Origin: Neocallimastix sp. 'constans'
Lineage: Eukaryota
NCBI GenBank assembly: GCA_050613775.1
Contig: JBODTK010000144.1
Location: forward strand, 124,001-188,000
Reading direction: 5' to 3'
Length of the DNA stretch: 64,000 nucleotides
Part shown: positions 48,419 through 64,000 of the stretch, piece by piece
Numbering within the stretch: position 1 is the first letter of the stretch
How the letters are laid out: each line of letters starts with the position of its first letter
The notes under the pieces: generated by a model
What the model was told of the DNA's origin: nothing
The model's database searches: none
The model's input: the letters and a program-made list of their open reading frames with translations, nothing else
Position numbers and translations under genes: made by a program

Positions 48419-51230
48419 GAATTGTAAAATAAAACTCTTAATTGAAATAATAAATAAAATTGATGTTATTCAAATTATATTAAGAATTCCAATTTTAAAA
48501 AAAATTATTTATATATATATTATTTAAATACATAAAAAACTTTAAAAAAAATAAATAAATAAGATAAAAAAAACATAAAGGATTAAATATTAAATGAAAA
48601 TAAGAATTTATTAAATTTTAATTTCTATATTAATTTTTATTAAATAATATATTAACACAATATATTATTAATATATTCTATATTTTCTTTAATAATTTTC
48701 AATGATTAATAAAATTTTATTAAAAATAAAATTTTATTAATCATTGATAATAAAACGATAATATATTTAAAGTAAAAGATAATATAATACTTTTAATAAA
48801 AACTCTTCCAACAATATATAATTTTTAGATAATACTTTTTTATTAAAACTATGATAGTTACAAATGAAAACTATAGTAGATAAAAAAAATTTTATTAGAT
48901 ATATTACATATAAATTAATTAAAAAATATTTTTAAATATATATATAAGAAAGATTAAAAATAAAATATAACACAAAATAAAATAAAAATTATTAGATAAT
49001 AATTATAATAGTAATAAAAATAATAATAATAATAAAAATAATAAAAATAATAAAGAATAATAATAATAATTTAATGTATTTTACTTCATTTTATATATTA
49101 TTCTTAAAGCTCTAAAGACTCTTTATTATTTCTATATTAAGCAAATATTACATATTTTTTCATTTTAATACTAGTCAATATAATTTAATAGAAAATATAT
49201 TAATATTATAATGTAGCTATTAATTTAAGAAAATATGCCATCAAACTTTTAATTTAGTATAAATAATATATTACATTTTATAATTTATTTATTTATTTAT
49301 TCATTAATTGATTTTATAATTTAATTAACAAATTTAAAGACAAATAGATCTTTTATTTTTATTTATTTTTATTATAAAACTTATTAATAAAAATAAAGGA
49401 AATACTATATATAATTAATATTCATTATATGCACATAATCTTATATATAATATATATAATATAACTTTAAAATGTAAAAATAGTCAGTTTTTTTTGTTGA
49501 ATTAAAGAAATTTATATCTTGCCTTCTAATTATTATAATAAACTCTTGATTAAAATAATTTGTAATTACTTTAATATTTTTTAATATTATATATTTATTT
49601 ATTTATCCATATATTTATTTATCTATTTATTTATTTATCTATTTATTTATCTATTTATTTATTTATTTATTTATTTATTTATTATTTTATTTATTTATTT
49701 AAAATAATTTTCATAAAATGAATTTTTTTGTTTTTTTGTTTTTTTTTTGTTTTTTTGTTTTTTTTTTTTATTTGTTTAATATTTATTAAAATTAAAAATT
49801 AGTATTTTCATATTTTCCAATTTAAATTATTTTATTTTGTTATATTATATTATATATTATATTCTATTATAATATATAATAAGCTTGTTAAATTAAAAAT
49901 ATTTACTTAGTATTTACTAATGAATTGCAATATATTAGTAAAGGAATTAAATTAAAAATTTTAAATCATTCATAAATTTATTTACCATATATTAATAATC
50001 CATTAATATATATTTTTTAAACATCGATTAAGTTTTTTTTTTTTGACGATAACAATGAAAATATGATATATATAAGAATTTCATTAAAAGCTAATCAGTT
50101 TTTTCGTCGCCACGAAAATGATTAATTTTTATTATAAAGTTAAAATGTTAAAATCTTCGATTTTGCAATTAGTCGCTTATAAAAAAAAAAAAAAAAACAA
50201 ATAAAAAAAAAAAAAATTAAAATAATTATTATATATTATATTATATTTTAACTCATTTCACCATTTCACAATTACTCATAATAATAATTATTCATTTGTT
50301 CAAATTAAAGATAATAATAAAATGTTAATGGATAATACATACTATATATAAATATAATTAAATTATTCATTATAATCCCTTTGTTGAAAAATATAATTTT
50401 CTATCATAATTTATTAATCTATTTATTTATTTATATTATTTGACTATTTTTTTAATTATTTAATTATTATATATATTTATTTATTATTTATTCATTTATC
50501 TATTTATTCATCTATTTATTTAATATATTTATTTATTTATTTATAATATATTTATTTATTTATATTTTATTTATCTATTTATCCATTATTTATTTATTAT
50601 ATTATTTTATCTATTTATTTTTTTCTATTATTTATTATTTATTATTTATTTATTATTAAATATATTTATTTATTATTTATTCATTTATCTTTTTATTCAT
50701 CTATTTATTTAATTATAATTGAATTATTATTTATATAATTATTTATTTATTTATTTATTTATAATTTATTTATCTATTTATAATTTATTTATCTATTTAT
50801 TCATTATTTACCCATTATTTATTTATTATTTTATCTATTTATTATTTATCTATTATTTATTATATATTATTTATTATTTAAATGATTATTATTTATTTAA
50901 AAATTTTAGTAATTGTAATCTAATATATAATATATATGTAGTAAATTGATTTTATTTATTTATTTATTTATTTATTTCCTAATTGTTCCTTAACAGTCAT
51001 TAAATTTATACCGAAAATAATTTAATACGTTCAACAAAAATAAATAAAAAAAAAAAAGGGAAAAAAATAATAAATAAAAAAATATATATATTTTATATAA
51101 TAATAATGTTATTATTATTGGTAGTACCAATATTTTATATCATTTATTTTATTCTATTTAATGTTTTTTTTTTTTTTGTACATGAATATTTATATTTATA
51201 CCAATATAGCCTTTTGTTATTTTCTTTTTA

Positions 51231-51605
51231 GGCTTGGTCTAATTAGAGTGAAGGACAAAAAGGCCTCCAGTCTCTCCCTTAAGCATATCAGACCGTATTA
51301 AATTCTTAACCATACCGTTTTGACATAGACCTCCCTCAAAGCAAGGCTAATATAAAAGACATCCCCAATATGCCGTCTTATACAACGAGGTTCTTTTCAG
51401 TGTAGTCTAATCCTCTTACAGAACATGTACTCCCTGTATTAATAATTATATAGTCCAGTATCAGGAATACTTATATGACGAGTAAACACTTACTTCATTT
51501 AAAGGGAAAAACTCCCTAAGAGAATGAAAATGGCCCCATATAAATTCAGGAGGTAGTCTAAAGGTGATCAAGAAACCTTATATGTAAATTCTAATAACCA
51601 GGATA
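51231..51605. ncRNA. Candidate structured ncRNA (unidentified)
   Basis: GC-enriched island without a long ORF; terminal and nested complementary segments. Confidence 0.35.
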
Positions 51606-51646
51606 AAATTGTTTTATTATATAATCTTATTTTATTATTTATAATA

Positions 51647-51694
<48 letters not shown>

Positions 51695-52224
51695 ACATGA
51701 AATAAACTTTATTTAATAATATTTATTAAAAAATTACATGAAATTATAATGTATGAAATTTTTTATATTAATTAAAAAAACTACGTTTATGAGTTTCGAG
51801 GACGAAATGATCTCTAACTCTTTCTTTCCCATTCATCGTATGAATAAAAATTTTCATTTGAATCTGTATCAGAATTTCAAATTTCTTCTTTTCCTTATTG
51901 TTTTAACTATCGACGCTCTTGACAACGATAGGTATATAAATTGATCATATTGTAAAAATCACAAATTACATTAGAGATAGCATTAATATGAAATTCCCTG
52001 GGCCCTACATAATATTAAATCGGATTAGAAGGGATTGAAAAGTATTATTAATAAAACGCCTTCTAATAAAAATAAAAATAGAAATAAAAATAAATAAAAA
52101 TTAAAATATAGATATAGATATAAATTAAAGTATTTAAATAAACAAATGAAATAGTTTTATTGCTTTATACTTTATATGCTTATTTTATTTTGATTTCTTT
52201 TTTTTTTTTTTCTTTTTTTTTTTT

Positions 52225-52279
<55 letters not shown>

Positions 52280-52685
52280 TATATTTGCTTTTATTTTAAT
52301 TTTTAATAATTGGGAGTTTGATGTATTACATATATGTACTTTTTTTTTTTTTTTTAAAAAAAACAAAAAAAAAAAAAAAAAAAACATAAAAAAAAAAAAA
52401 AGAAATATTTAAAAATATTGGGAACATTACTATATTTTTATTTTCTCTTTTATATATATATATTATATACATATATACTTTTTTTTTTTTTTTTTTTTTT
52501 GTTTTTTTTTTTTTTTTTGTTTATTTTTTATAGAAATCTCAAAATTAATAAATAATTTTTATTATATTAGATACATAATATAAAAGGGTAGTAAATTTTT
52601 TTTTATTTCTTTATTTCTTTTTTTTTTTTTTTCATTTTTATTATTATAATTATTATAATTATATTATATTATAACATTAACTATT

Positions 52686-54209
<1,524 letters not shown>

Positions 54210-55779
54210 GTTGTATTTTTACTTTTTAAGTTAATATCTTAACAAAATATATATATATATATACGTAAATAGAATTAATAATCTATTTTAAATTTTAAAT
54301 TAATTTTACTCTATTAATTTTAAAATAAAATAAAAACCTTAAAACAATTTAAAATATTTAAAAAGTATAATATATATAACTACAATTTTATTTATTTTAA
54401 AAATATGTATTACTACAATTCTATTTATCTAAAAGAAATATTACTACAATTTAATTTATTAAATTCAATTTAATTGTTTTAAAAAATTTTATTTATTATT
54501 TTAATTCTGAAAAATGTTAATATTTAAATTACTTTTTTTTTCTTTATATTTCTTATTAATTAAAGATGAACTATTAACAATTGATTTATTTACACTTACC
54601 AAAAAAAATAAAATTTAAAAGGTGATTTTAAATATTTTTTTAAGAAATTTTGTTCTTTATTGATCATTAGATTTAATAATATCTTAAATTGTATAAATTG
54701 TATATTACATATAATATATATATCAATATTATATTTGTTTTAATATAATTAGGCATATTATTTATGATACAATTATAATCATATGTATATTACAAATATA
54801 GAAATTATTTTCGTAAATTATTTAAATAAAAATGATTCTTCTCAATTTCACGTTAAAATCTAATTAAATTTTAATGAAAAAAATTTTTATTAATATATAT
54901 GAATATATTTATAATATATTAAATATAAACAATATTTAATATATTATTAATATTTTTATAAATATTCATTTATTATGGAAATAAAATATAATTATACATT
55001 ATTTAATACATAAAATGAATGATGTAATGTAATAAAAATAATTTATTACCTGTATTTTATATAAAATTTTTTTAAAAAAAATAATATAAATATTAATAAA
55101 TGAATGATTATAATTTATTATACAGAAATTCATTATTACTCTTTATATCTTATAAAAAGTAGTAATGAATTTAAGCATCTGTTATTATATTATTTATTGT
55201 TTATTAAAATGTTTAATTAATCAATAAATGAATTTAAATAATAACCCTTTAATTCTATAAAATTATAACTTTATAGTTTTATAATTATATGATTTTATAT
55301 ATTATTCTTTAATAATACCATAATTAATAAATTTTAAAAAAAAATAATAATAATTTATAATCATAAATATCTATAATTTTAAAAAAATTATACATGTATA
55401 TTTATATTTTAAATATCTTCATCATTTATTGATAATAAATACCTATTTAAAATATGAAGGAATTAAATACATTCATAAAATGTGCTATATCCAGTATTTT
55501 TTTAATTAATTTTGATTACCTTTGTTCTTTCTTTTATAAAATACTATATTTTGCTTAATTGGTTTAAAATTTTTGGTATGATCGTACATTTTCAAAATTC
55601 ACTTAAAGTATTTATTCTAAATTTTAATAAAGGCAAATAGAATAATACTTTCTACTAGACATCACAATATTTTATTCTTATTATAATTTTTATTCTTTAA
55701 ATATATCATAAAAGGAAATAAGTAAATTAATAATTACTAAATAATAAATAAATAAATAAATAATTAATAATAATAATAA

Positions 55780-56024
<245 letters not shown>

Positions 56025-56475
56025 TTTCTATTTTAAAATGTAATCTTGTTGATTGGATTAAATGTTTTTTTTTATACAATTTACACTCAAATGTATGAAA
56101 TAAACTGAACAAATATTTAATGATTATATTGTATTAAATATTTTTTATATGTTATATACTTATTTATTAAAAAAATATATAAAATTTTAATTTAATAAAC
56201 TTTATAAATAATAATAAAAGAAAACTTTTTCTTTCATTTATTTATTTATTTTATAAAGTAACAATAAATTAATAATAATATTTAGAGTATTAACCTTAAC
56301 AAAATACAAATTAATTTGTCAGCTGTTAAGAAAAAGAATAGTAAATGTATATATTTTATAATTACTATATTATTTTTAGTAATAATTAAAGTAGGCTGCT
56401 GTATTCATTTTTTTTTCTTCATCTTTATTTAAAAAGTATTGTTTAATAGGTAAAATCTAATGTAAAATTAATTTG

Positions 56476-56536
<61 letters not shown>

Positions 56537-56880
56537 CTTATCTAATGAATTATAAAATTTAATTAAAAGTCATATTTAAAGAAAAGTGCTATATATAAAT
56601 AAAATTTTATTTATAATGTTCAATTTATTTTATATTATTATATAATAAAAAATTATTAATAGTTTAATTTAAATAATAATATTTAACATAAAATAAAATA
56701 ATAAATAAGTATAAACAAACATTGATTTATTATTAAGTAAAAATAATGGAGATTATATTTCAAAACTTTATATATAATATGTTAGAAAATTTTATTAATT
56801 ATTATAATTTTATTCAACTATTTTATTAGAAATAAACAATTATTTATAATATATAAATAAAAAAATTGAGTAATATAAAA

Positions 56881-59800
56881 ATGGACAGGTAAAATAATTT
56901 ATATATTTATGTATAGTATGAATTGTTTAGAACTTATTTATTAAAAAAAATAAATAATTTTAAAGTTCAAAATATGCAAATCTTATAAAGAATGCAGGTG
57001 CAAGATGCACTTCATCAAAAGAAGAATTAGCATCACTATTTGGAAGTGATATTGGAATAATTAATGAGGAACATGTTGCTCGTATAGTAGGTATGATGGC
57101 AGGTGATACCGAATCTGATAATAAATGGGATCATATTTTTTTATATAAATGGCTATTTGAACAAGTATGCTTAATTATATAAATATAATATAGTGGAAAG
57201 TATAAATATAGTTAATTTAATTATTTTTAAAAATGAATCGTAGGTTTCTTTGGATGTTATAAAGATCATTAAAAGTTTAGATTATGAAGGATTTATTATA
57301 AATGATCAACAGGGATTAAAAGTAATTCTTGATTTATTTCCAAATGATAGGGTAAGATAATTTTATAAATTTATGATAATTTGTTTTCTTTATTTTTTTA
57401 ATATATTTTTATATAAAGGCAAAAAAGGAATTTCCAATGGAAGTATTATGGGGAAGATGGGAAAACTACAAAGGACAATTTAGTATTTTAAAACAAATTG
57501 TTTTATTAAAACCAGATTATATGAATTTTTTAAATATTTATACCAGACCAATAATAACAATGGAAAATCCAAGTTTAGTGAACATATCAAGTGCAAAATC
57601 AATTGTTTCATCTTTAGTAGGTCAAGTATGGAATTCAATAGATTTAATGGAAACATTACTTAATCTTGTAGAAACTGATTTACAAAAAAGTGTTTTAGAA
57701 ATGTTTAAATTGGCCAGTAAAGATTCACCTGAACTTCTTCTTTTAGGTTTAGTTCAAGCAAATGCATTGGTATGATGTTATTATTATAATTGAATGTATT
57801 ATAATTTTAGTATTAATAATCATTATTATATATATTAATTAAGCCTTGGAGTAAAAATGGGGAAACAGCTAAATTACAAAAAAGTATGATAATTAATTTA
57901 GTTGTATTATTTTTAAATGGTCACCCAAGTTCAAGTGTAGTATTGGTAAAATTATGGCAAATAAATCAAAATGAATTGATATTTGGGTTGTTAAATGTTT
58001 ATAATAATGATCGTTCTCAACTTTCAAGAATTTTAGATATTGCACAAGAAATTAAGGTAATTAAAAATTATTAAAATAATACAATTAAAAAAATTATTAA
58101 TTTAAAATTATTGTAAATTTAATGTTTAGGGATTATCACAAATATTGGAAACAAAATATGATTTTGAATTTGTAATAGATTTAGCCTCATTAGCTTCCCG
58201 TAGAGATTATTTAAATTTAGAAAAATGGTTACAGGAACGGATTGTTGAATTTGGTGAACAATTTGTAAAAGCATGTTTGGATTTTTTAGCAAATAAAATT
58301 ACTTGTCAAATTGAGAAAAATGAAAAAAATATTTCTCCAACCTGTGTATTGTTAGCGTCTGATGTAGTATTTATATTCATTAAAGTTTTGTTTAAGTACG
58401 TATTATTATATTTTATTATTTATAATTTTAATAAATCAAGTATGATTAAAAATTAATTAAAATAATATTTTATAATAGGGCGTTACCACAGCAGTATTTA
58501 GATACTTTTAGAAATATAATTATTCTTTCTCAGCGTGCTTATCCAAAACTTGCAAGTATGAATATAATAGAATCATTACAAATGCAACAACAATATAATA
58601 ATTTAACTCAAGAAATTGAAAATGAAGCCGGATCCTATTTCGAAAAAGTTTATCAAGGTGAAATTACAATAAATCAAATGGTGGAATTAATGAAGACATT
58701 TAAGATGTCTAATAATAAGAGGGAAAATGAAGTTTTTGAATACATGATTAAAAGTATTTTTGATGAATATCAATTTTTAATGAATTATCCTGAAAAGGAA
58801 TTAATTATGACTAGTGTATTATTTGGTACATTAATTCAACAACAAATAATTTCACAAGACTTTTTAGGAATTGCGTTAAAATATATTCTTACCTCTTTAA
58901 AGCAAGATGTAAAATCAAATTATTACAAATTTGGTGTTCATGCGTTAGCTCAATTTAAAAATAGGTTGGGTGAATGGCCAAAATATTGTGCATGTCTTCT
59001 TCAGATTATTCAACTTCAACAAACAAATCCTGATATTATTGCATATATTAAAAATTTACAAAAACAAGAAATAGGTGCAGTTGATGCTAAGGTTGATACT
59101 AAGGTTGATAAAATAGCTATTGGAAATGATAATTTTGATTCAGAGGATTCTTTGGTTAAGGAGCCAATAACCAATATTATATTTACATCAATTAAAGTTG
59201 ACTCTTTATTTGATTATAATGAAGGTTATGAAATTCCTGTAGAAAATATTAAGGATAAAATTTTATTTATTGTTAATAATGTCTCTGTATCAAATTTAGA
59301 TTCAAAAGCTAAGGAAATGAAGGGATTATTAAAAGAAAGTTACTTTAGATGGTTTAGTAAATATTTAGTTGTTAAACGTGCTAGTATTGAACCAAATTTC
59401 CATTCCTTATACATTTCTTTATTAGATGCTATTGAATTACCTTTACTTATTAAGTATGTTATTCATGAAACGTATGCAAATATATATTTCTTATTAAATT
59501 CTAAAAAATGTGCCACTTCTTCTTCTGAACGTACTCTCTTAAAGAACCTTGGCACATGGCTTGGTGGTATTACGCTTGCTAAAAATAAACCAATTAAGCA
59601 TAAGAATCTTGCATTTAAGGTAGAATTTAAATTATTACACATATATTTTAATACAAATAATTTTTATGACTTTTTTTTAATTATCATTTTTATTTTTATT
59701 TTTATAAATAGGAATTACTTTTAGAAGGATATGATAATAATTTACTCATAGTTGTAATTCCGTTTGTTTGTAAAACATTAGAACAAGTTAAATATAGTAC

Positions 59801-62800
59801 AGTATTTAAACCACCAAATCCATGGTTAATGGCTATTATTAGACTTTTAGTAGAATTTTATAATTTTGTTGATTTAAAATTAAATTTGAAATTCGAAATA
59901 GAAGTTTTATTAAAACATTTAGATGTTGATATAACGAAGATTGAACCTACTTCAATGCTTAAAGAAAGAAAAGCAAAAATGGCAACTACAATGACAGAAG
60001 AACAATTAATAAAAGAATACGAAAAAATGAATTTAGGAAAATTAGCTAGGTCATCGTCATTAGATAGTCAACTTATTGCTGATAGTGAAAGTTTAGTATT
60101 CCCGGCATTAGGTCAATATCTTACTTTTAATCAAAATTCAGCTTTATTTAATAATTATCCAATAGCTAGAAAGGTTGTTCAATTAGCTTTTGATAATACT
60201 ATTGATGAAATTATAAAAGTCTTCGTTGATAGATCAGCCTTAATTGTTAGTATCGTTACTTCCGAATTAATAAAGAAAGACTTTACTTTTGAACCAAATG
60301 AAGAAAAAATGAGGAAAGCTGCTTATATGATGGCCCAAAATTTAGTATCTAATTTTATTATTATATCATGTAAGGATGAACTTCGTGGTGGAATGTATAC
60401 ATTATTAACAAATTATATTGCAAGGTATAAATTAAATGAAATCTTTTCTGATCAAGATAAAGCTATTGTTATTCAAGATAACATTGATTTAGTTTTTTCA
60501 ATTATTGAAAAGGCAGCTATTGAAAAAACATTATTATGTGTTGATGATTACTTAGCTTCTAGCTATAACACTAGACGTAAGCATCGTGAAAGAGGTCAAC
60601 CATTTGTAGATTATAATTCATATTTACAAATGAATTATCCGCCATCTTTTCCTGATGTATTAAGATTAAAACAAACTGGTGTTACTAGTCAACAATTTTA
60701 CGTCTATGAAGAATTTGCTAAACCATCTCAAGAAATGATTGAAAGAAACTATAGACAATTAATGGAATCTAACCTTATGAAACAAGAAATACCAAATAAC
60801 TTAAAAGCACAAATTATAAATCAGGAAAATGCTAAAGAAAGTCATCAAATTCAGCAATGCTTAGAAAAAATTAATCAAATTATTAATGAATTAGAAAAAG
60901 CAATAAAAGAAAGTACTGAAAAATCTTTTGCTGAATTATCAGAAAAGAGCAAGGTTAGATTATTAATTAGTCAAATTTTACCAACTGTAAGTAAACCAAA
61001 TTCTTCGGAAGAAATAACTTTCCATTTATCACAAAAAATTATGCAATTACTTTACAAGAGTGAAACAACATTAGAAAGAGAAACTTATGCCGTAATCTTA
61101 GAAGATCTTTGTGAATTTTCTAGAAAAGTTAAGGGTGAAGTTGTTGCATGGTTATTATATTCTGAAGAGGAACGCAAATATGACATTGAAGTAACTTATG
61201 TTTTATTAAAAATAAAATTGATAAATCATGTTGAATTAGATATGCAACTTTCTCGTTTAATTGAGAATAACAAAAAAGATATTGTTGTAACTTATGCAGC
61301 TGATTTAATTAAGGAGGCTTTATTTGATGAACCAAGTATTGCTCAATATAAAGATTATATAAATACTATTAGAGTATTTGTTAATTTAGAACAACGTGGT
61401 ACTGCTTCTGATAAAATTAAAGATTTATTAAAGGAAATTAATAAATCTATTTATTCACCAATTGAAGAAATTGATAAAAAATCAGGTTCACTTGATGAAA
61501 AGTTTAAAATGTACTTTACTGAATGGGTTAAATTATTCAAAAGTCAATTAACAAGTGAAAAATTACAAGCTAAATATATTATTCAACTTCACGAAAAGAA
61601 CGAATTAAGAAATGAAAATAATTCTTCATTGTTCTTTAGAATTTGTACTGAATATTGCATTGCTTCTGATCCACAAACTAATACTATTAATGTTGACGCA
61701 ATAAATGCTTATGCAAGATTAATAGTTTTATATATTCGTTATGGTATTGATCCAAATGATCCAAATGATTATAGTAATAAAGATATAATAACCAGAATAT
61801 TATCGGTTATTGTTTTAGTACTCGTAAATACACATGAAAAATACCAAAAAGAATTTAATCAAACACCATTCTTTAGATTATTTTCAAGTTTACTTGAAGA
61901 TCTTCATAGATATGAAAAATACCTTGAACCAGTAAATCATCAAGTATTTTCAGCTATGAGTAATACATTCCATACCCTTCAACCACTTCATTTACCTGGC
62001 TTTACATTTTCATGGCTTGAACTTATATCACATAGATTATTTATGCCAAAGTTATTATATGCTGAAAAACAAAAAGGTTGGCCGTACTATCAAAGATTAT
62101 TAATTGATTTATTTAAATTCTTCACTCCATTTCTTGTAAATAGTAATGAAATGAATGATTCATTAAGTACTCTTTATACAGGAACACTTAATTTATTTTT
62201 AGTTTTATTACATGATTTCCCAGAATTTTTAAGTGAACATTACTTTGGTTTAATTGATGCAATACCATCTTGTTGTATTCAATTAAGAAATTTAATTTTA
62301 TGTGCATACCCATCTATGAGAATGCCTGATCCATTTGATCCTTCATTGAAAATAGAAAGTCTTCCTGAGATTAATCAATCACCTGTAATTCTTTCAGATT
62401 ATGTAGCAATACTTAATGCTAATAATTTTAAGCAAGATCTTGGTAATTTTTTTTTTTATATTTACTAAAAATAATAATAAAAAAATTATTTATTTACTTA
62501 TTTACTTATTTATTTATTATTTTTTATTTTTATTTTTATTTTTATTTTTATTATTATTTTTTTTTGTACGAAAATCATATTTTAATATTTTTTTTATTAT
62601 TTATATTAATATTTATTAGATAACTTTTTAAAGAATAGAAAGCCAGTATCATTCTTTTTTGAATTAAATAAAAAAATAGTTTACTCCAACCAAAGTGATA
62701 TTATTGCTGCTGGAACAAAATATAATGTACCATTAATAAATTCATTAGTATTATATGTTGGTATACAAGACATAATACATTCTAATCAAACAAAAATTAA

Positions 62801-63422
62801 TGATATTGTTCCAAGTGCTTCCAAAGATATATATCAATATTTGATTGGTAGTGTTGAAGCTGATGCTGAAGGTAAATAATAAATATATATAATTAATTAG
62901 AATATTAATAATAATAAAATTTATTTATTAATAAATTTTAAAATAAAATTAATATTTTAATAGGTGCTTATTACTTCTTAAGTGCATTTGCAAATCAATT
63001 AAGATATCCAAATAGTCATACATGCTATTTCATTAATACTTTATTAAATTTATTTTCTGATACTAAGAGTGATTTAATAAAGGAGCAAATGACAAGAGTA
63101 TTATTAGAAAGAATTATTGTTAATAGACCACATCCATGGTAAGTATAAATTAATAAAATTTAATATATATTTTATGATAGTTTAACTTGTAGATTTAATA
63201 ATATATAATAGAAAATATAAAATATTAAAATTTTTTTCTTTTAAATTTTGTAATTTTAATTTTAGGGGATTATTATATACATTATCAAAATTAACCAAAG
63301 AAAAGAAATACGGTTTCTGGACAGATAAATCAGGTGCTAAATTTAATGGAACTGAAAATTTATATGAAACTGTAGCAAGCGTCATATTAGATAAAGCTCA
63401 ATATTCTAATTTTTTAAAATAA
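56881..63422 (+). CDS. NOT1: CCR4-NOT complex scaffold subunit Not1 (multi-exon)
   Basis: [81 protein letters not shown] and RPHPWGL motifs; 8-nt first exon ATGGACAG; stop TAA 63420-63422. Confidence 0.96.
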
Positions 63423-63809
63423 ATAGCTTAAAATTAATATAGTTTTAATTTAAAAAATAAAATAAAATATATATATGAGAATAATATGATAAAGAATATG
63501 ATAAAGAATTAATATATAAATATTAATAAATTATTTTTTCTTTTTCTTTTTTCTTAATATATATATATTAAACAATGCTTATTTTATTTTAATATACTAT
63601 TTATTTAATATACAATAAACATAATATTGTATTTTAAATATAATTACAAAAAGAAAATTATTTATATTAAAAAAAAAAAAGACTTTTTTTTTTTTTATAA
63701 TATATATATATATATATATATTAATTTTTTTATTAAAAAAAAAAATAATAATCTTTGAATAATATTAAAATAATAATAGTAACAATAAAATAGTAATAAT
63801 AATAATAAT

Positions 63810-63840
<31 letters not shown>

Positions 63841-64000
63841 TAATATTTTATAAAAAAAATGTTCAAATAAATATCATAATTGAAATGCTTTTTTTTTCTT
63901 TTTTTATTTTTATTTTTTTTTTTTTTGAAAAAAAGAAATTATAAAACTATAGAAGTATTAATTATTGATTAAAATAATAAAAGAAATAAAAGAAATAAAA

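Noticed and set aside
51786..51810. Hammerhead-like TTTATGAGTTTCGAGGACGAAA
   Set aside because: The core reads UUUAUGA instead of CUGAUGA (essential G5 missing) and stem I is out of register.

Overview
Extremely AT-rich, intron-containing eukaryotic DNA. Composition, gene set and an ML-type organellar presequence suggest an anaerobic gut fungus (Neocallimastigomycota); this is inference. Bases 1-35,913 are a nest of at least 12 LTR-retrotransposon insertions, labelled A-J here for convenience. They fall into two Ty3/gypsy groups. One makes 4-bp TSDs and, where a primer site is visible, is tRNA-Ala primed. The other is Tf1-like, self-priming and makes 5-bp TSDs. The nest appears to sit in a copia-like gag. 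Bases ~40-63.4 kb hold four host genes: an Asn-rich AT-hook/RHH-like protein, PFK-2/FBPase-2, an organelle-targeted UMP-CMP kinase and NOT1. There is also a candidate structured ncRNA at ~51.2-51.6 kb. Main discovery: the nesting is not random. Both LTRs of chromovirus F carry a tRNA-type RNA Pol III promoter (A box TGGTTCAATGG, B box GTTCGACAC, canonical 45-nt spacing). Five elements are stacked, separated only by TSDs, exactly 22 nt upstream of that A box. Two independent family-C insertions lie exactly 37 nt upstream of it in different target sequences. The F LTR therefore looks like a mobile landing pad (tRNA-gene mimic) for Pol III-targeting retrotransposons.
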